Positions 48,850-57,889 of a stretch of DNA of 64,000 bases are shown one piece after another. The stretch comes from a virus (Duplodnaviria > Caudoviricetes): the IMG/VR virus record IMGVR_UViG_3300028797_002668, positions 32,001 to 96,000 of that record; one strand, 5' to 3'. A model generated the notes under the pieces. The model saw only the letters and a list, made by a program, of their open reading frames with translations, had not been told where the DNA came from and searched no databases. Position 1 is the first letter of the stretch, and every line of letters starts with the position of its first letter. The position numbers and the translations under genes are program-made.

Positions 48850-50511
48850 CTACTTGTTAACAAATGCGCTCAAATCGACATTATCGAGCAGATTTGTGCT
48901 TTCCTCGCCGACCTCGGCGTCCAAAGCCTTGTCAATATCAGCTTCGGTAGAGTCCGGCTCCGTAACCGGCGGAAGCTCCGCTTCGTTTTCCTTGCATTCC
49001 TTTACAAGGTCACGCAGCTCGGCCTTTTCTTCAGGAGATACGGCGGATTCGACCGCAGCCTTCTGGGCTGCTTCCTTCTCCGCCTTCTTCTTTTCGCGGT
49101 ACTTCTTGCGAGACTCGCGAGCCTTGGCGCGTTTGGCTTCTTCCTTATCAATCACGACTTGCTGTTCTTCGGCGGTCTGCTTCTCCACGGTCACTTGCTC
49201 GTCATAAGAAGCGGCAAGCGAGGCAATGTCGTCATTAGCGACATATTCCTTCGTCTTGGTTTCCTCGGCGACCATATCCGGAGTGGGTTCTTCCGGAGCA
49301 ATGTCTTCGATAGTAATGTTTGCGTCTGCATCGTAGGCATCGATATCCAAGACCTTCAAGCAACGCTTCATATTCTCAAGCGCATAGCCGCCGACACCAA
49401 GTGCGGACATCAAGCTCGCGTTGGTATGGCCACCTTCTTTGAGCATATCGTGCAGCTTGCGGTATTCCGGAGCCGACTCGATAATCATACGGCGTTCACG
49501 GTTATAAATACGCTCGATGGTCTTGCGATGTTCCGGAGTGTCCTGATAGGTCGAGCTGCAGACATACTTAACCATTTCATCCAAAGTACGACCGTTGAGG
49601 ATAGCGGAATCGAAACGAGCCAGCGGAACAGGAATCTCGTTTTCAGCAATCTCTTCCGGAGTAAGCTCGCGCTTCTCGGTGACGGCTTCGACAACCGGAG
49701 CGTCCTTGGCGAACAGTTCCTCGGTATTGGCGTTCATCGGAATATGGAGAAGAAGTTCACGAGCCTTCTGCATCGATGGGTCATAAACGGTATAACCTAT
49801 GGGTTTCGTACCCGGCTTACGATCCATCTCCACGCCGGACTTCAACGCGTACTTGTAGACACGGAGCGGATATGCAGTAGGCTCGAAGGTATCACTCATA
49901 AGGTACGAATTGAACTTCGCATCATTCTGAATAACACCGCGAGTGTCCGTCCAGTTCGGTGCCGTCGGATGAATAGGGTCACGGAGCGGTCTGAACTGGT
50001 TATTTGGAACGTGGAACAAAGTCACAGCCGTATTGGGCGTGTTCTCATTCGGCGACACCTTTCCTTGCGGATTCGGGCGGCAATGCTGGAAGCAGTCGAT
50101 AAGCGTACCGACACGGCTTACCATCGGATGTTCCGAAGACAGATACTTCACGTAAATGGAAATCGCCTCGCAGCGAACCATCGACATATACTGCTTGAAG
50201 CTACGGAACTTCTGGAAGTCGAGCCACAAGAACTCGTCATCATCAAGGCAAACCGCCCAGCACGGACCAGTACGGCGAGATACGTACGAACTAATCATAC
50301 GGCTCTTGAACTTCCAGTCGTCGTTACGCGGAACCATCGTGACGTGCTCGCGATACTTTTCGCAAACGCCGTCAAGCCAACCGCGATGACCGGTATCAAA
50401 AACAAAGATGCAGTCGAAACCCATAGCGATATGGTATTCCAACCATTCGACAAAATCTTGCTGGTTGTCCGTAGACACCCTGACAAGGCAATTAACAAGA
50501 AGATTTTCCAT
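48850..50511 (-). CDS. GT-A fold glycosyltransferase (GT2_4/GT92-like) with long charged C-terminal tail
   Basis: EWLEYHIAMGFDCIFVFD, WAVCLDDDEFL. Confidence 0.75.
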   Translation of the reverse strand: MENLLVNCLVRVSTDNQQDFVEWLEYHIAMGFDCIFVFDTGHRGWLDGVCEKYREHVTMVPRNDDWKFKSRMISSYVSRRTGPCWAVCLDDDEFLWLDFQKFRSFKQYMSMVRCEAISIYVKYLSSEHPMVSRVGTLIDCFQHCRPNPQGKVSPNENTPNTAVTLFHVPNNQFRPLRDPIHPTAPNWTDTRGVIQNDAKFNSYLMSDTFEPTAYPLRVYKYALKSGVEMDRKPGTKPIGYTVYDPSMQKARELLLHIPMNANTEELFAKDAPVVEAVTEKRELTPEEIAENEIPVPLARFDSAILNGRTLDEMVKYVCSSTYQDTPEHRKTIERIYNRERRMIIESAPEYRKLHDMLKEGGHTNASLMSALGVGGYALENMKRCLKVLDIDAYDADANITIEDIAPEEPTPDMVAEETKTKEYVANDDIASLAASYDEQVTVEKQTAEEQQVVIDKEEAKRAKARESRKKYREKKKAEKEAAQKAAVESAVSPEEKAELRDLVKECKENEAELPPVTEPDSTEADIDKALDAEVGEESTNLLDNVDLSAFVNK

Positions 50512-50522
50512 TTTTCCACTCC

Positions 50523-51908
50523 TTAAATCTCGCCGACATCAACATCGGCCATATTCATCACGTCGCGAATAGCGTCGTCAATAGTGTCGGCATCACCCAT
50601 AATCGAACCGTTGCCTCGCGTGAGCTGAGACATTACGCCAGCCTCACGCTGCACAAGAACGTCACCCTTGAAATTCTCTGGGTCAGCGGAGTCTCGGCTC
50701 AACACGGCAAAGAAACCGAACTGCTGCAAGGTCTTGTAGTAATCGGTCTTCGATTCTGGAATACCCCATTCTGCAGTCTTATCCCAGTCCACAGCAAGCT
50801 CAGGAGCTGGCTGGTCAATAATCTGGTTGACCTGTTCGGAGATGTCTTGCGGAATCCACGACAAGTCAATAAGAGTACGGTTACGGATATACTGACCACT
50901 CCAGCCGTTGGCCTTCGCAACCTCAAAAATATTCGGACAATTTTCAAGAAGCTGTACGGCAGCTCCTTCGGAAATCAAGGTTTCCTTGGTCGGCTTGTAC
51001 GCACCGGTCTTCGGATCGACGAAAGCCATTCCACGGATGTTATCCGAAGTATCGCCAGAAAGTACCTTTGCGGCAAGGTACTGCTGCGGATAGGCGCAAC
51101 GGACAAAGTTACCGCTGGTGTGGTTGAAAATCTTAACACCCGGAATGTCAATCTGCGACATATCGGAGTCTCGTGTGATGATAATGACATCGTCATAGTC
51201 CGGAGCGTACTTCTTCGCGGACGCATAAATCATATCGTCACCTTCAGCGACTTCACATCGGACGGCCTTCGCTCGGAAGAACGGAGCAATCTGCATCGCA
51301 TACTGATCCTTGTACTCTTGCCAGTATTTCTTGTCGACGGAGAAGTCCCAAGCGGACGCGGCTCGCTTTCCCTTGTAAGAAGGAAGAATCGGAGTACCAG
51401 TCGTCGTCTTAATACTCCATAGCATATCGCGCTTTTCTTCGGGCATATCGCAAAGCTGGCGATGCTTCAACGATTCGTAAATGGCCTTCTGTTTCAGAGG
51501 AATCTTGACAACGTCGTACTGGTCGTCGCCAATCTTATCAACTTTGAAGGTATAATTGTCGCTGCTTACGTAGTAACTGGTCGAATCGTAGTAAATCGTC
51601 GCTTCCTTGTTGTAGTAGTCGCGGACGAAATTGCGACGCCACGCCTTCTTGCCTTCCAAGCAGAGAATGATGTCCATCGGATTGAAAAGCTTGATGTAGT
51701 CAAGCATACGGTTGAACATCTTGGTACGCCAGATAATCATCTCCTCGTCTTCCGGGAGAATGCTTCCTAGAGTCTGCTTGCTGGACTTTGTCCTCATAGA
51801 CCACAACTGGTGATACGAAAGAGAAGCCCAGTCAATCACCAGCAAGCGTTTATTCTTGTACGGATAACTCCGTATAGGTTGTTCCTTAAAATCCATAATC
51901 ATCCTCAT
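50523..51908 (-). CDS. rnh: T4-type RNase H / 5'-3' flap exonuclease
   Basis: LLVID, YKGKR, EGDDMI, ITRDSDMSQ, GDTSDNI. Confidence 0.9.
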   Translation of the reverse strand: MRMIMDFKEQPIRSYPYKNKRLLVIDWASLSYHQLWSMRTKSSKQTLGSILPEDEEMIIWRTKMFNRMLDYIKLFNPMDIILCLEGKKAWRRNFVRDYYNKEATIYYDSTSYYVSSDNYTFKVDKIGDDQYDVVKIPLKQKAIYESLKHRQLCDMPEEKRDMLWSIKTTTGTPILPSYKGKRAASAWDFSVDKKYWQEYKDQYAMQIAPFFRAKAVRCEVAEGDDMIYASAKKYAPDYDDVIIITRDSDMSQIDIPGVKIFNHTSGNFVRCAYPQQYLAAKVLSGDTSDNIRGMAFVDPKTGAYKPTKETLISEGAAVQLLENCPNIFEVAKANGWSGQYIRNRTLIDLSWIPQDISEQVNQIIDQPAPELAVDWDKTAEWGIPESKTDYYKTLQQFGFFAVLSRDSADPENFKGDVLVQREAGVMSQLTRGNGSIMGDADTIDDAIRDVMNMADVDVGEI

Positions 51909-53698
51909 AAGAAGAACTTCTTCTTAAACGGAGATCCAGTCTTGTTGACCTTGCTCTCATTTTTCTTTCGTGCCTTCTCGGCAGCCTTGCGCTTACGCTC
52001 GGCAATCATCGCTTCATCGACAGTAGCCTCGTAGATACCGTCTAGACGAATTTCATTAACCGGAATATCGTCCTTCGCATAGTAAGTCTTACGAGTTTCA
52101 TAATGTTGCATCATGTAGTTATACTTGAGACGAGGAGGTCCACCACGGCGAGGATTCGTAAAGTATGACGCGTCGTCGACCAAGTCATATACATAAGCCA
52201 TCTTCTTATCCTTATGCGGACGAACTATACGACCGATTGACTGCATCACCATGTAAACTGATTTTGCTGGGTCAGCCATAACCAAATTATGAAGTAACTT
52301 GATGTTCACCCCTTGCTTCATGCATCCATAGGTTGCAAGAATCATATGACCAGTTGAATACTCTATGGACTTACGAATAGTCTCACGCTCGTCCACGGTC
52401 ACGTCACCCTTGATGATGTGGCAAGTGAACTGTGGGAAGTTCTTCTCTATGAACTCGTGCATAAGTTCCAAGTTCTCAATAGCCTTGAACAAGATGACCG
52501 TATTCTGCTCAGTCGTTATCTTTCCGGAATCTATCAAGAGCTTCAAAACATCACGTCGTGAACTTGTACTGGAACAGAAAGCTCGCTCGTCGTCAAACGT
52601 CGAATATCCAATCGAACGTCGTAATGCGTGAGGGTACGGAATAAAAATCGTGTTAACAGTAACCGGCGTCAAGATTCCCTTCTCGACCAGTTCCTTTAAT
52701 CGAACAATCTCTTCCTTTCGGCCAAGCTGGCTCTCGATGTAACCAGCATCGATACCGTCATCAGGCAACGTACCAGATACGCCGACCTTGAAATCGACGG
52801 CGTTTACACACTTCATCAAGATATCTCGTAACTTGATGCCACGAGTCGAATGAGCCTCGTCAACGATTACAGCAGTGAACGCCTCGAAAAACTTCGCTGG
52901 CTTGTTCTGGAGCGACTGCCAAGTAGAAATCGTAATAGGCTTGAGCATCACCTCTTCGCCAATATTGGCTGCCGCAAGACGCTCCTTCTGAGCCTTCGTC
53001 AACTTGTCGTCAGAATCTGCATAAATCAATGTGCAATACTTACGAGCATCTTCCCAACCGTAATCGTCATGAAAATCGGAGAACAACTGTTCCACCAAGT
53101 TAGTAGACGGAACCACAATCAAAATCTTCTTACGCTCACGTTCCAACAAATATCGAGCCATGATGCACATCGATAGTGACTTACCAGCACTCGTACAAGC
53201 GAGCAATGAAATTCGGCGACCGTTCAAGGCACGTTCCACCAGTTTCACTTGATGTTCGTACGGCTTAATCTCGAAGCCTTCCTTCAAGTTGTGAAGCTTC
53301 AATGTCGCAGCGTAGGCGGCAACATCGTCGCTAGTCAATGCACCCCTAGGCGGTGTGTATATATCACGGATAGCCTTCGTCAAACCGATTTTGGTTCCGA
53401 AACGGTTCTTGAGCAACGCACTGACTCTCGGAATAAGACCGATAGGCAACAAGTGGGTCGCCTTGTTGTAGAAATACACGAACGGTGTCTTAAAACCTTC
53501 ACGGACTGCCCATGTGTTCGCAACAGCCTTGTCGTAGAAGGTCATGCTACCAAAAATGAAATTGTTCAGCTTGTTTCCAGCAGTCGAGTCGGTAGCCGAA
53601 ATTTTGATAACGGAAAATACGTCGTCGGCCTTGTCAAAGACAACAGACGTAGACGGCTCCGGGTTCTTAACCTCGGTTACTTCGACTTCTTCGGACAT
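51905..53698 (-). CDS. uvsW: UvsW-like SF2 helicase
   Basis: TSAGKS, LIVVPSTNLVEQ, ISTWQSL, IVDEAH, GVSGTL, GVNIKLLHN, QSIGRIVR, YDLVDD. Confidence 0.93.
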   Translation of the reverse strand: MSEEVEVTEVKNPEPSTSVVFDKADDVFSVIKISATDSTAGNKLNNFIFGSMTFYDKAVANTWAVREGFKTPFVYFYNKATHLLPIGLIPRVSALLKNRFGTKIGLTKAIRDIYTPPRGALTSDDVAAYAATLKLHNLKEGFEIKPYEHQVKLVERALNGRRISLLACTSAGKSLSMCIMARYLLERERKKILIVVPSTNLVEQLFSDFHDDYGWEDARKYCTLIYADSDDKLTKAQKERLAAANIGEEVMLKPITISTWQSLQNKPAKFFEAFTAVIVDEAHSTRGIKLRDILMKCVNAVDFKVGVSGTLPDDGIDAGYIESQLGRKEEIVRLKELVEKGILTPVTVNTIFIPYPHALRRSIGYSTFDDERAFCSSTSSRRDVLKLLIDSGKITTEQNTVILFKAIENLELMHEFIEKNFPQFTCHIIKGDVTVDERETIRKSIEYSTGHMILATYGCMKQGVNIKLLHNLVMADPAKSVYMVMQSIGRIVRPHKDKKMAYVYDLVDDASYFTNPRRGGPPRLKYNYMMQHYETRKTYYAKDDIPVNEIRLDGIYEATVDEAMIAERKRKAAEKARKKNESKVNKTGSPFKKKFFL

Positions 53699-53699
53699 A

Positions 53700-54254
53700 C
53701 TAAAGCTCCTGATAATAACGATTCAGCGGTTCCGAATGAATATCGAGATTTGGGTTTATATCACCAGACACGATGATGTTATCACGGAAAAATGTCGGTG
53801 TTCCAATTACAATTCCAAGCTTGTTATCAGTCTTATCCAGAGTAAAAATCATCCGATAAGTAGCGTCATTGGAAAAATGGTTTCCGCTCTGGTTATAAAT
53901 ATTCCAAGCGGCACGGTCGCACCCAGCCGGGCATGGAATGCGGTTAAGAAAACCTAAATATCTGCGAACCTCGTTCAAGTCATCTTCAGCACGGCGCTGT
54001 ACCGCAATCGTAATACGGTTGACAATATCGTCAGGCATATCGTCAGCAAATTCACGACGAACTACTTCAGGTAAAGCCAAAAAACCTTCCTTTGGTGCAT
54101 TAGGCGGCCACTTGAACATGTCCAGAGTATCTACGTAGAAATCGATATCGGACGGCAATTCGGTTGACGGAGTCGAAAACCCAGCGTCCTTCCACGTATA
54201 AAGCGATATGAGGTTCACCCTGAACTTAATCTTGTGAGAATACTTATAGGCCAT
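53700..54254 (-). CDS. Hypothetical protein, first gene of the uvsW-rnh operon
   Basis: 184-aa ORF abutting uvsW; sigma70-type promoter upstream. Confidence 0.75.
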   Translation of the reverse strand: MAYKYSHKIKFRVNLISLYTWKDAGFSTPSTELPSDIDFYVDTLDMFKWPPNAPKEGFLALPEVVRREFADDMPDDIVNRITIAVQRRAEDDLNEVRRYLGFLNRIPCPAGCDRAAWNIYNQSGNHFSNDATYRMIFTLDKTDNKLGIVIGTPTFFRDNIIVSGDINPNLDIHSEPLNRYYQEL

Positions 54255-54281
54255 TCCTTATTCCATCGTTAGGTTATGTCG

Positions 54282-54310
54282 AATATAGCCATTACCAATT
54301 TGAAACTCAA
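54282..54310 (-). promoter_or_regulatory. Sigma70-type promoter TTGAGT-N17-TATATT
   Basis: Exact 17-bp spacer; 14-bp identity with the 16807-16820 promoter region. Confidence 0.7.
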
Positions 54311-54337
54311 ATTACTCCATTCCGCCATAAAAACAGC

Positions 54338-54519
54338 ATAAAACATGAAACATATATTTGGTTGACGTTCGGACGGCTACGTACTGCTCTACCGAGCACC
54401 AGTCTCAAGTCCGGGTTGGACTAGCACACCAAGTCCGACTCAAAGTTGTTTCTAGGCTCCATCTCAGGGAGCATTTTTGTACATTTTCGTCCCAATAAAA
54501 CATGAAACATATATTTGGT
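54338..54519 (+). repeat. Two perfect 25-bp direct repeats ATAAAACATGAAACATATATTTGGT (54338-54362, 54495-54519)
   Basis: Read directly; 157-bp period. Confidence 0.9.
54360..54478 (+). ncRNA. Candidate structured small RNA or origin element between the 25-bp repeats
   Basis: Three hairpins (54385-54398, 54413-54441, 54456-54472 followed by a T-run); the 10-bp stem is complete only with G-U pairs on the + strand. Confidence 0.35.
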
Positions 54520-54669
54520 ACTTCCGTAGGCACTGTTCGCGAGTTAACAGTTTGGCATAGTTTAGACTGTCGGATGATGGAATAAACTATCGACCGAGGA
54601 ATATGGATATGACAAGGAAAGCCCATATATATGTAATCGAAAGGATCTCAAAGGTACAAGTGGAAAGAG

Positions 54670-54698
54670 TTGACGATCAAATTTGGTTTTTATAGCTT
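54670..54698 (+). promoter_or_regulatory. Sigma70-type promoter TTGACG-N17-TAGCTT
   Basis: Directly upstream of ATG 54711. Confidence 0.5.
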
Positions 54699-54710
54699 TG
54701 TTCCACGAAA

Positions 54711-56300
54711 ATGAGACCTCGTCAATACAAAATACTGCTTCCAGAACCGGTCTTGAACGATTTTAAGGTTCTTATCTCGGACTACTACCGCCAGTACGGT
54801 GACGGCAAGAAATCACGTACTTTCGTGGATAGTGCGGCATTCTTCCTTTCTATGCTGACCAACTCGCTTGTGACCGACCACAAGAAGAACGAGATTACTT
54901 CGCTTGATCACCGTGTGCCAAAGGAGCATTGGTGTACACATCTATACTCCCCTATACTTCGCGATATACTTGGGAACGATTATTTGCTTGTCATCGGTTA
55001 CCTTGCTAATAAAGGCTTCGTAGGTCGTTCTAACCATTACGAAATCGGTACATGTAATTGCCGTGGACGTAGCAAGGCTTATTGGTTTACGGCCAAGTAT
55101 GGTACATACCTTGCAAAGTACCTCAATTCGCGTTCGGTACGTCGTTATTCAAACGAGTCGGTAAAAGTATTCGGTAAGTTCCGTTCATACACGATTAAGT
55201 CCAAGACCGTCCTCGACCGTTGGTTCGCCGTTTTGGAAAAGCGCAAGGAATTTTCGATGTCCGACCCGGTAGTTGAGGATTGTTACAACAACTTGTCCCA
55301 TTTTACCATAGATATGGAAGCTGCGGATGCTACGTTCGACAAGCTCCGTTCTGAGGGTAAGCTATCGAAATACAAGGAGAAGCTGGAAAGAGCCAAGATA
55401 CAGCGTTTTAGCGATGTTGGATCTGAGCCGTACGCTATGTACGTCAAGCACGACCGATACGGGCGTATTCATACGAATGTTACTTGCATGAAGAAGGAGA
55501 TACGTGCCACCGCATTGCGCTGTGATGGAAAAGAAGTTGGCGAGGTCGACATCAAGTCCAGTCAAGTAGCGTTCATCGTACCCGTGTTCAGGCGTTATAT
55601 TGACGTATTCCGTAGTGGATTGACTGAGCAGTGTTCGGATACGTTTATCCAGTTCAAGCCGTTCTGGTACGATGGGCAATGTGATTCTACCTTGGACCGC
55701 ATGGAATCTGAGCTGTGCCAGTTTACTGATTTGGTTAATTCACACCAGATTTATGAGTATTTTGCCAATGAACTGAGTGAGGATTTTGATCTTGATCGTA
55801 CAGTTTCTCGTGAAGAGGCTAAATGCGGCGTGGTTTCTTTTTTGTTCTCGCCGAGATACTTCAACGAGGAAAAAGAACCAGTTCGTGCTGCGGTTAAGCG
55901 GGTTTGGGAAGACCGGTTTCCGACACTACTCCGCTGTTTGTACTCTATGAAACAGAACTGCCATGCGGCATTGGCATATGAGTTGCAGAAAGTAGAGAGC
56001 TGGTTCATTTTTGAACGAGTTTGTCCACGTATAACCAACGAAATTGGCTGCCCGTTCTGTACGGTACATGACTCGGTAATCGTTCCGAAGGACTATTGCG
56101 GACATTTGAAAAAAATAATGGATTCCGAACTATTGGAACTTGGTATACCGACTATTACCGAAGTTGAGTATTACGATATGGTAGAGGCGTCTATGCCTTG
56201 TTTGGCCGACGAGGGTTTCTTTGCCGAGATGAGCCGACGCGGAATAAAAACGGTAGACACCTTGTCTTTGGTAGACGAAAACGTAGCAACTGAGGAATAA
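54711..56300 (+). CDS. Compact Pol-A/T7-RNAP superfamily polymerase-like protein
   Basis: DRYGR (DxxGR), motif A EVDIKSSQ, motif B REEAK...FLFS, LQKVES, motif C TVHDS; no exonuclease domain recognised. Confidence 0.65.
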   Translation: MRPRQYKILLPEPVLNDFKVLISDYYRQYGDGKKSRTFVDSAAFFLSMLTNSLVTDHKKNEITSLDHRVPKEHWCTHLYSPILRDILGNDYLLVIGYLANKGFVGRSNHYEIGTCNCRGRSKAYWFTAKYGTYLAKYLNSRSVRRYSNESVKVFGKFRSYTIKSKTVLDRWFAVLEKRKEFSMSDPVVEDCYNNLSHFTIDMEAADATFDKLRSEGKLSKYKEKLERAKIQRFSDVGSEPYAMYVKHDRYGRIHTNVTCMKKEIRATALRCDGKEVGEVDIKSSQVAFIVPVFRRYIDVFRSGLTEQCSDTFIQFKPFWYDGQCDSTLDRMESELCQFTDLVNSHQIYEYFANELSEDFDLDRTVSREEAKCGVVSFLFSPRYFNEEKEPVRAAVKRVWEDRFPTLLRCLYSMKQNCHAALAYELQKVESWFIFERVCPRITNEIGCPFCTVHDSVIVPKDYCGHLKKIMDSELLELGIPTITEVEYYDMVEASMPCLADEGFFAEMSRRGIKTVDTLSLVDENVATEE

Positions 56301-56340
56301 TAAGCTAGTTTTCATAAGGAAACTAGGTATCGAGTATTCT

Positions 56341-56826
56341 ATGGCTACTTACATTCGTGAAATTATTTTTGAGAATGAACCTAATATTGGTCGTATACCG
56401 GGTACATCCGGTTACATACTTGACAAGGATATGATTGTTGATATCAAGCTGGTCTACCATACAGAAATGACAGACGGTGGTGAGGATTTCATTGAAAATG
56501 ATGAGCACCGTGTCATAGTCCGGAAAGGCTTGACGATGAAGTCGCATCCGTTTCCGAAGTGGTTAATTAGAATGTTGAAATTTTTAGGTTTAGACCTGTC
56601 GCTTGGTATGTCGATGCTTTTGACTGCACTTTACGAGGAAGGTGGCTTGGATGCGTATACTCGTGATCAAATCGACCGCATGTACATTAATTACACGCTC
56701 AAGGCAGTAAAGAATCCGGTTAAACGCGGGTTCTTGGACGTATTGATGGGGTTGTTTATTGGCTCTAACCTTGGTTGGAAATGGAATTCAGAGGAAACCA
56801 AGGTTGCAAGTATAGAGCCTATTTAA
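56341..56826 (+). CDS. Hypothetical protein, degenerate DUF1353-like
   Basis: VIVRKGLT....FPKW...LY...RDQIDRMY; the usual HD motif is absent. Confidence 0.45.
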   Translation: MATYIREIIFENEPNIGRIPGTSGYILDKDMIVDIKLVYHTEMTDGGEDFIENDEHRVIVRKGLTMKSHPFPKWLIRMLKFLGLDLSLGMSMLLTALYEEGGLDAYTRDQIDRMYINYTLKAVKNPVKRGFLDVLMGLFIGSNLGWKWNSEETKVASIEPI

Positions 56827-57887
56827 ACAGGAAGTCGGAGCGGAGCGTCTTTCAGATCTTCGTTGTCCTCGTCTTCGTAATCCGGCTCGGATTCATCATC
56901 AAGTGGCTGGTTGAACATATCCAATTCAGACTCCTCAGCGAGGTCGGCAAGATTGTTCGGCTTCGCTTCTTTTTCTTCTGGTTCACCGCCAATTATACCG
57001 TCTAGTGGATGCTCATCGGTTATGTCGTTTTCTTCGGTCGGTTCGTTTACGTTTGGATCGGCACCTATTACGTTCATACCCGGATTTTCCTTTGCCTCAT
57101 CGGACATTTCGTCGGAAAGCTTTCCCAATGCTTCGGACGTTTCCTCTGTCTTGAAACCGGGTACGTTATCAAAGAATTCCTTTGCTTGCGCCTCGGCTTT
57201 CTGTTCTTCCGGTTCCTCTTTTTTACCGAGCGGCATATCTACGGGTTTTTCTGGTTCTTCGGTTCGTTCTTGTACATAATTGCGTGCATCTTTCATGATG
57301 GAAGCCGCATTAGTCAGCAAACCGCTACAAGCGGCAACTAAGTGTTTGCACATTATGGTCTTGTGCTCAGGGTCTCTGATTGACGGATTGATATCTTCGC
57401 CGTGGTCGTCACGGTCATCGGCGGAGTGTTGTCCAGATAGGAGACTGTCGTTTATGTGCTTAGCGTTATACCGCATACCAGACCAGTTAAAGTCTGGACA
57501 CGTGCAGAAAAATTTGATGTCGGCGTCCTTCAGTATTTGGATACGTTCACCTAGTCTTGCTTTTGCCTTGGCTAGGTTAAACAATGTAGTGTCTTTCGGA
57601 ATTATGTCGATAAAGCAATAGTAAAACTTGTAGTCAGCCGGGTTGGCGTTCTTGTTCTTGGACGACGGAATCTTGAATATAACAACTGTGTTTCCGTCGT
57701 TATCGGCTGTCACACCTTGATAATAATGTTCAAGCTGCTTGCCACTAGTATAGCGGTCAACATGTCGACGGTTCTTTTTCTTGAACATAGCTTCTGAATC
57801 CTTTACCCTCTTGATAAAGTCTGCCGTGTTTGCTTCGAGTTGCGTACGGCCTAAATAAAGCTGAGACAAGAATAAGGTTTTATCCAT
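56823..57887 (-). CDS. SWIM zinc-finger protein with acidic tail
   Basis: FCTCPDF...MCKHL. Confidence 0.75.
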   Translation of the reverse strand: MDKTLFLSQLYLGRTQLEANTADFIKRVKDSEAMFKKKNRRHVDRYTSGKQLEHYYQGVTADNDGNTVVIFKIPSSKNKNANPADYKFYYCFIDIIPKDTTLFNLAKAKARLGERIQILKDADIKFFCTCPDFNWSGMRYNAKHINDSLLSGQHSADDRDDHGEDINPSIRDPEHKTIMCKHLVAACSGLLTNAASIMKDARNYVQERTEEPEKPVDMPLGKKEEPEEQKAEAQAKEFFDNVPGFKTEETSEALGKLSDEMSDEAKENPGMNVIGADPNVNEPTEENDITDEHPLDGIIGGEPEEKEAKPNNLADLAEESELDMFNQPLDDESEPDYEDEDNEDLKDAPLRLPV

Positions 57888-57889
57888 AT

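Noticed and set aside
51683-51692. 10-nt match (tgaaaagctt) to the predicted TnpB guide inside rnh, with 8-nt matches near 16698 and 59493
   Set aside because: Short, and not preceded by TTGAC or TTTAT; compatible with chance
54338-54519. CRISPR mini-array reading of the 25-bp repeats
   Set aside because: Only two copies, a 132-bp structured spacer, a non-palindromic repeat and no adjacent cas gene
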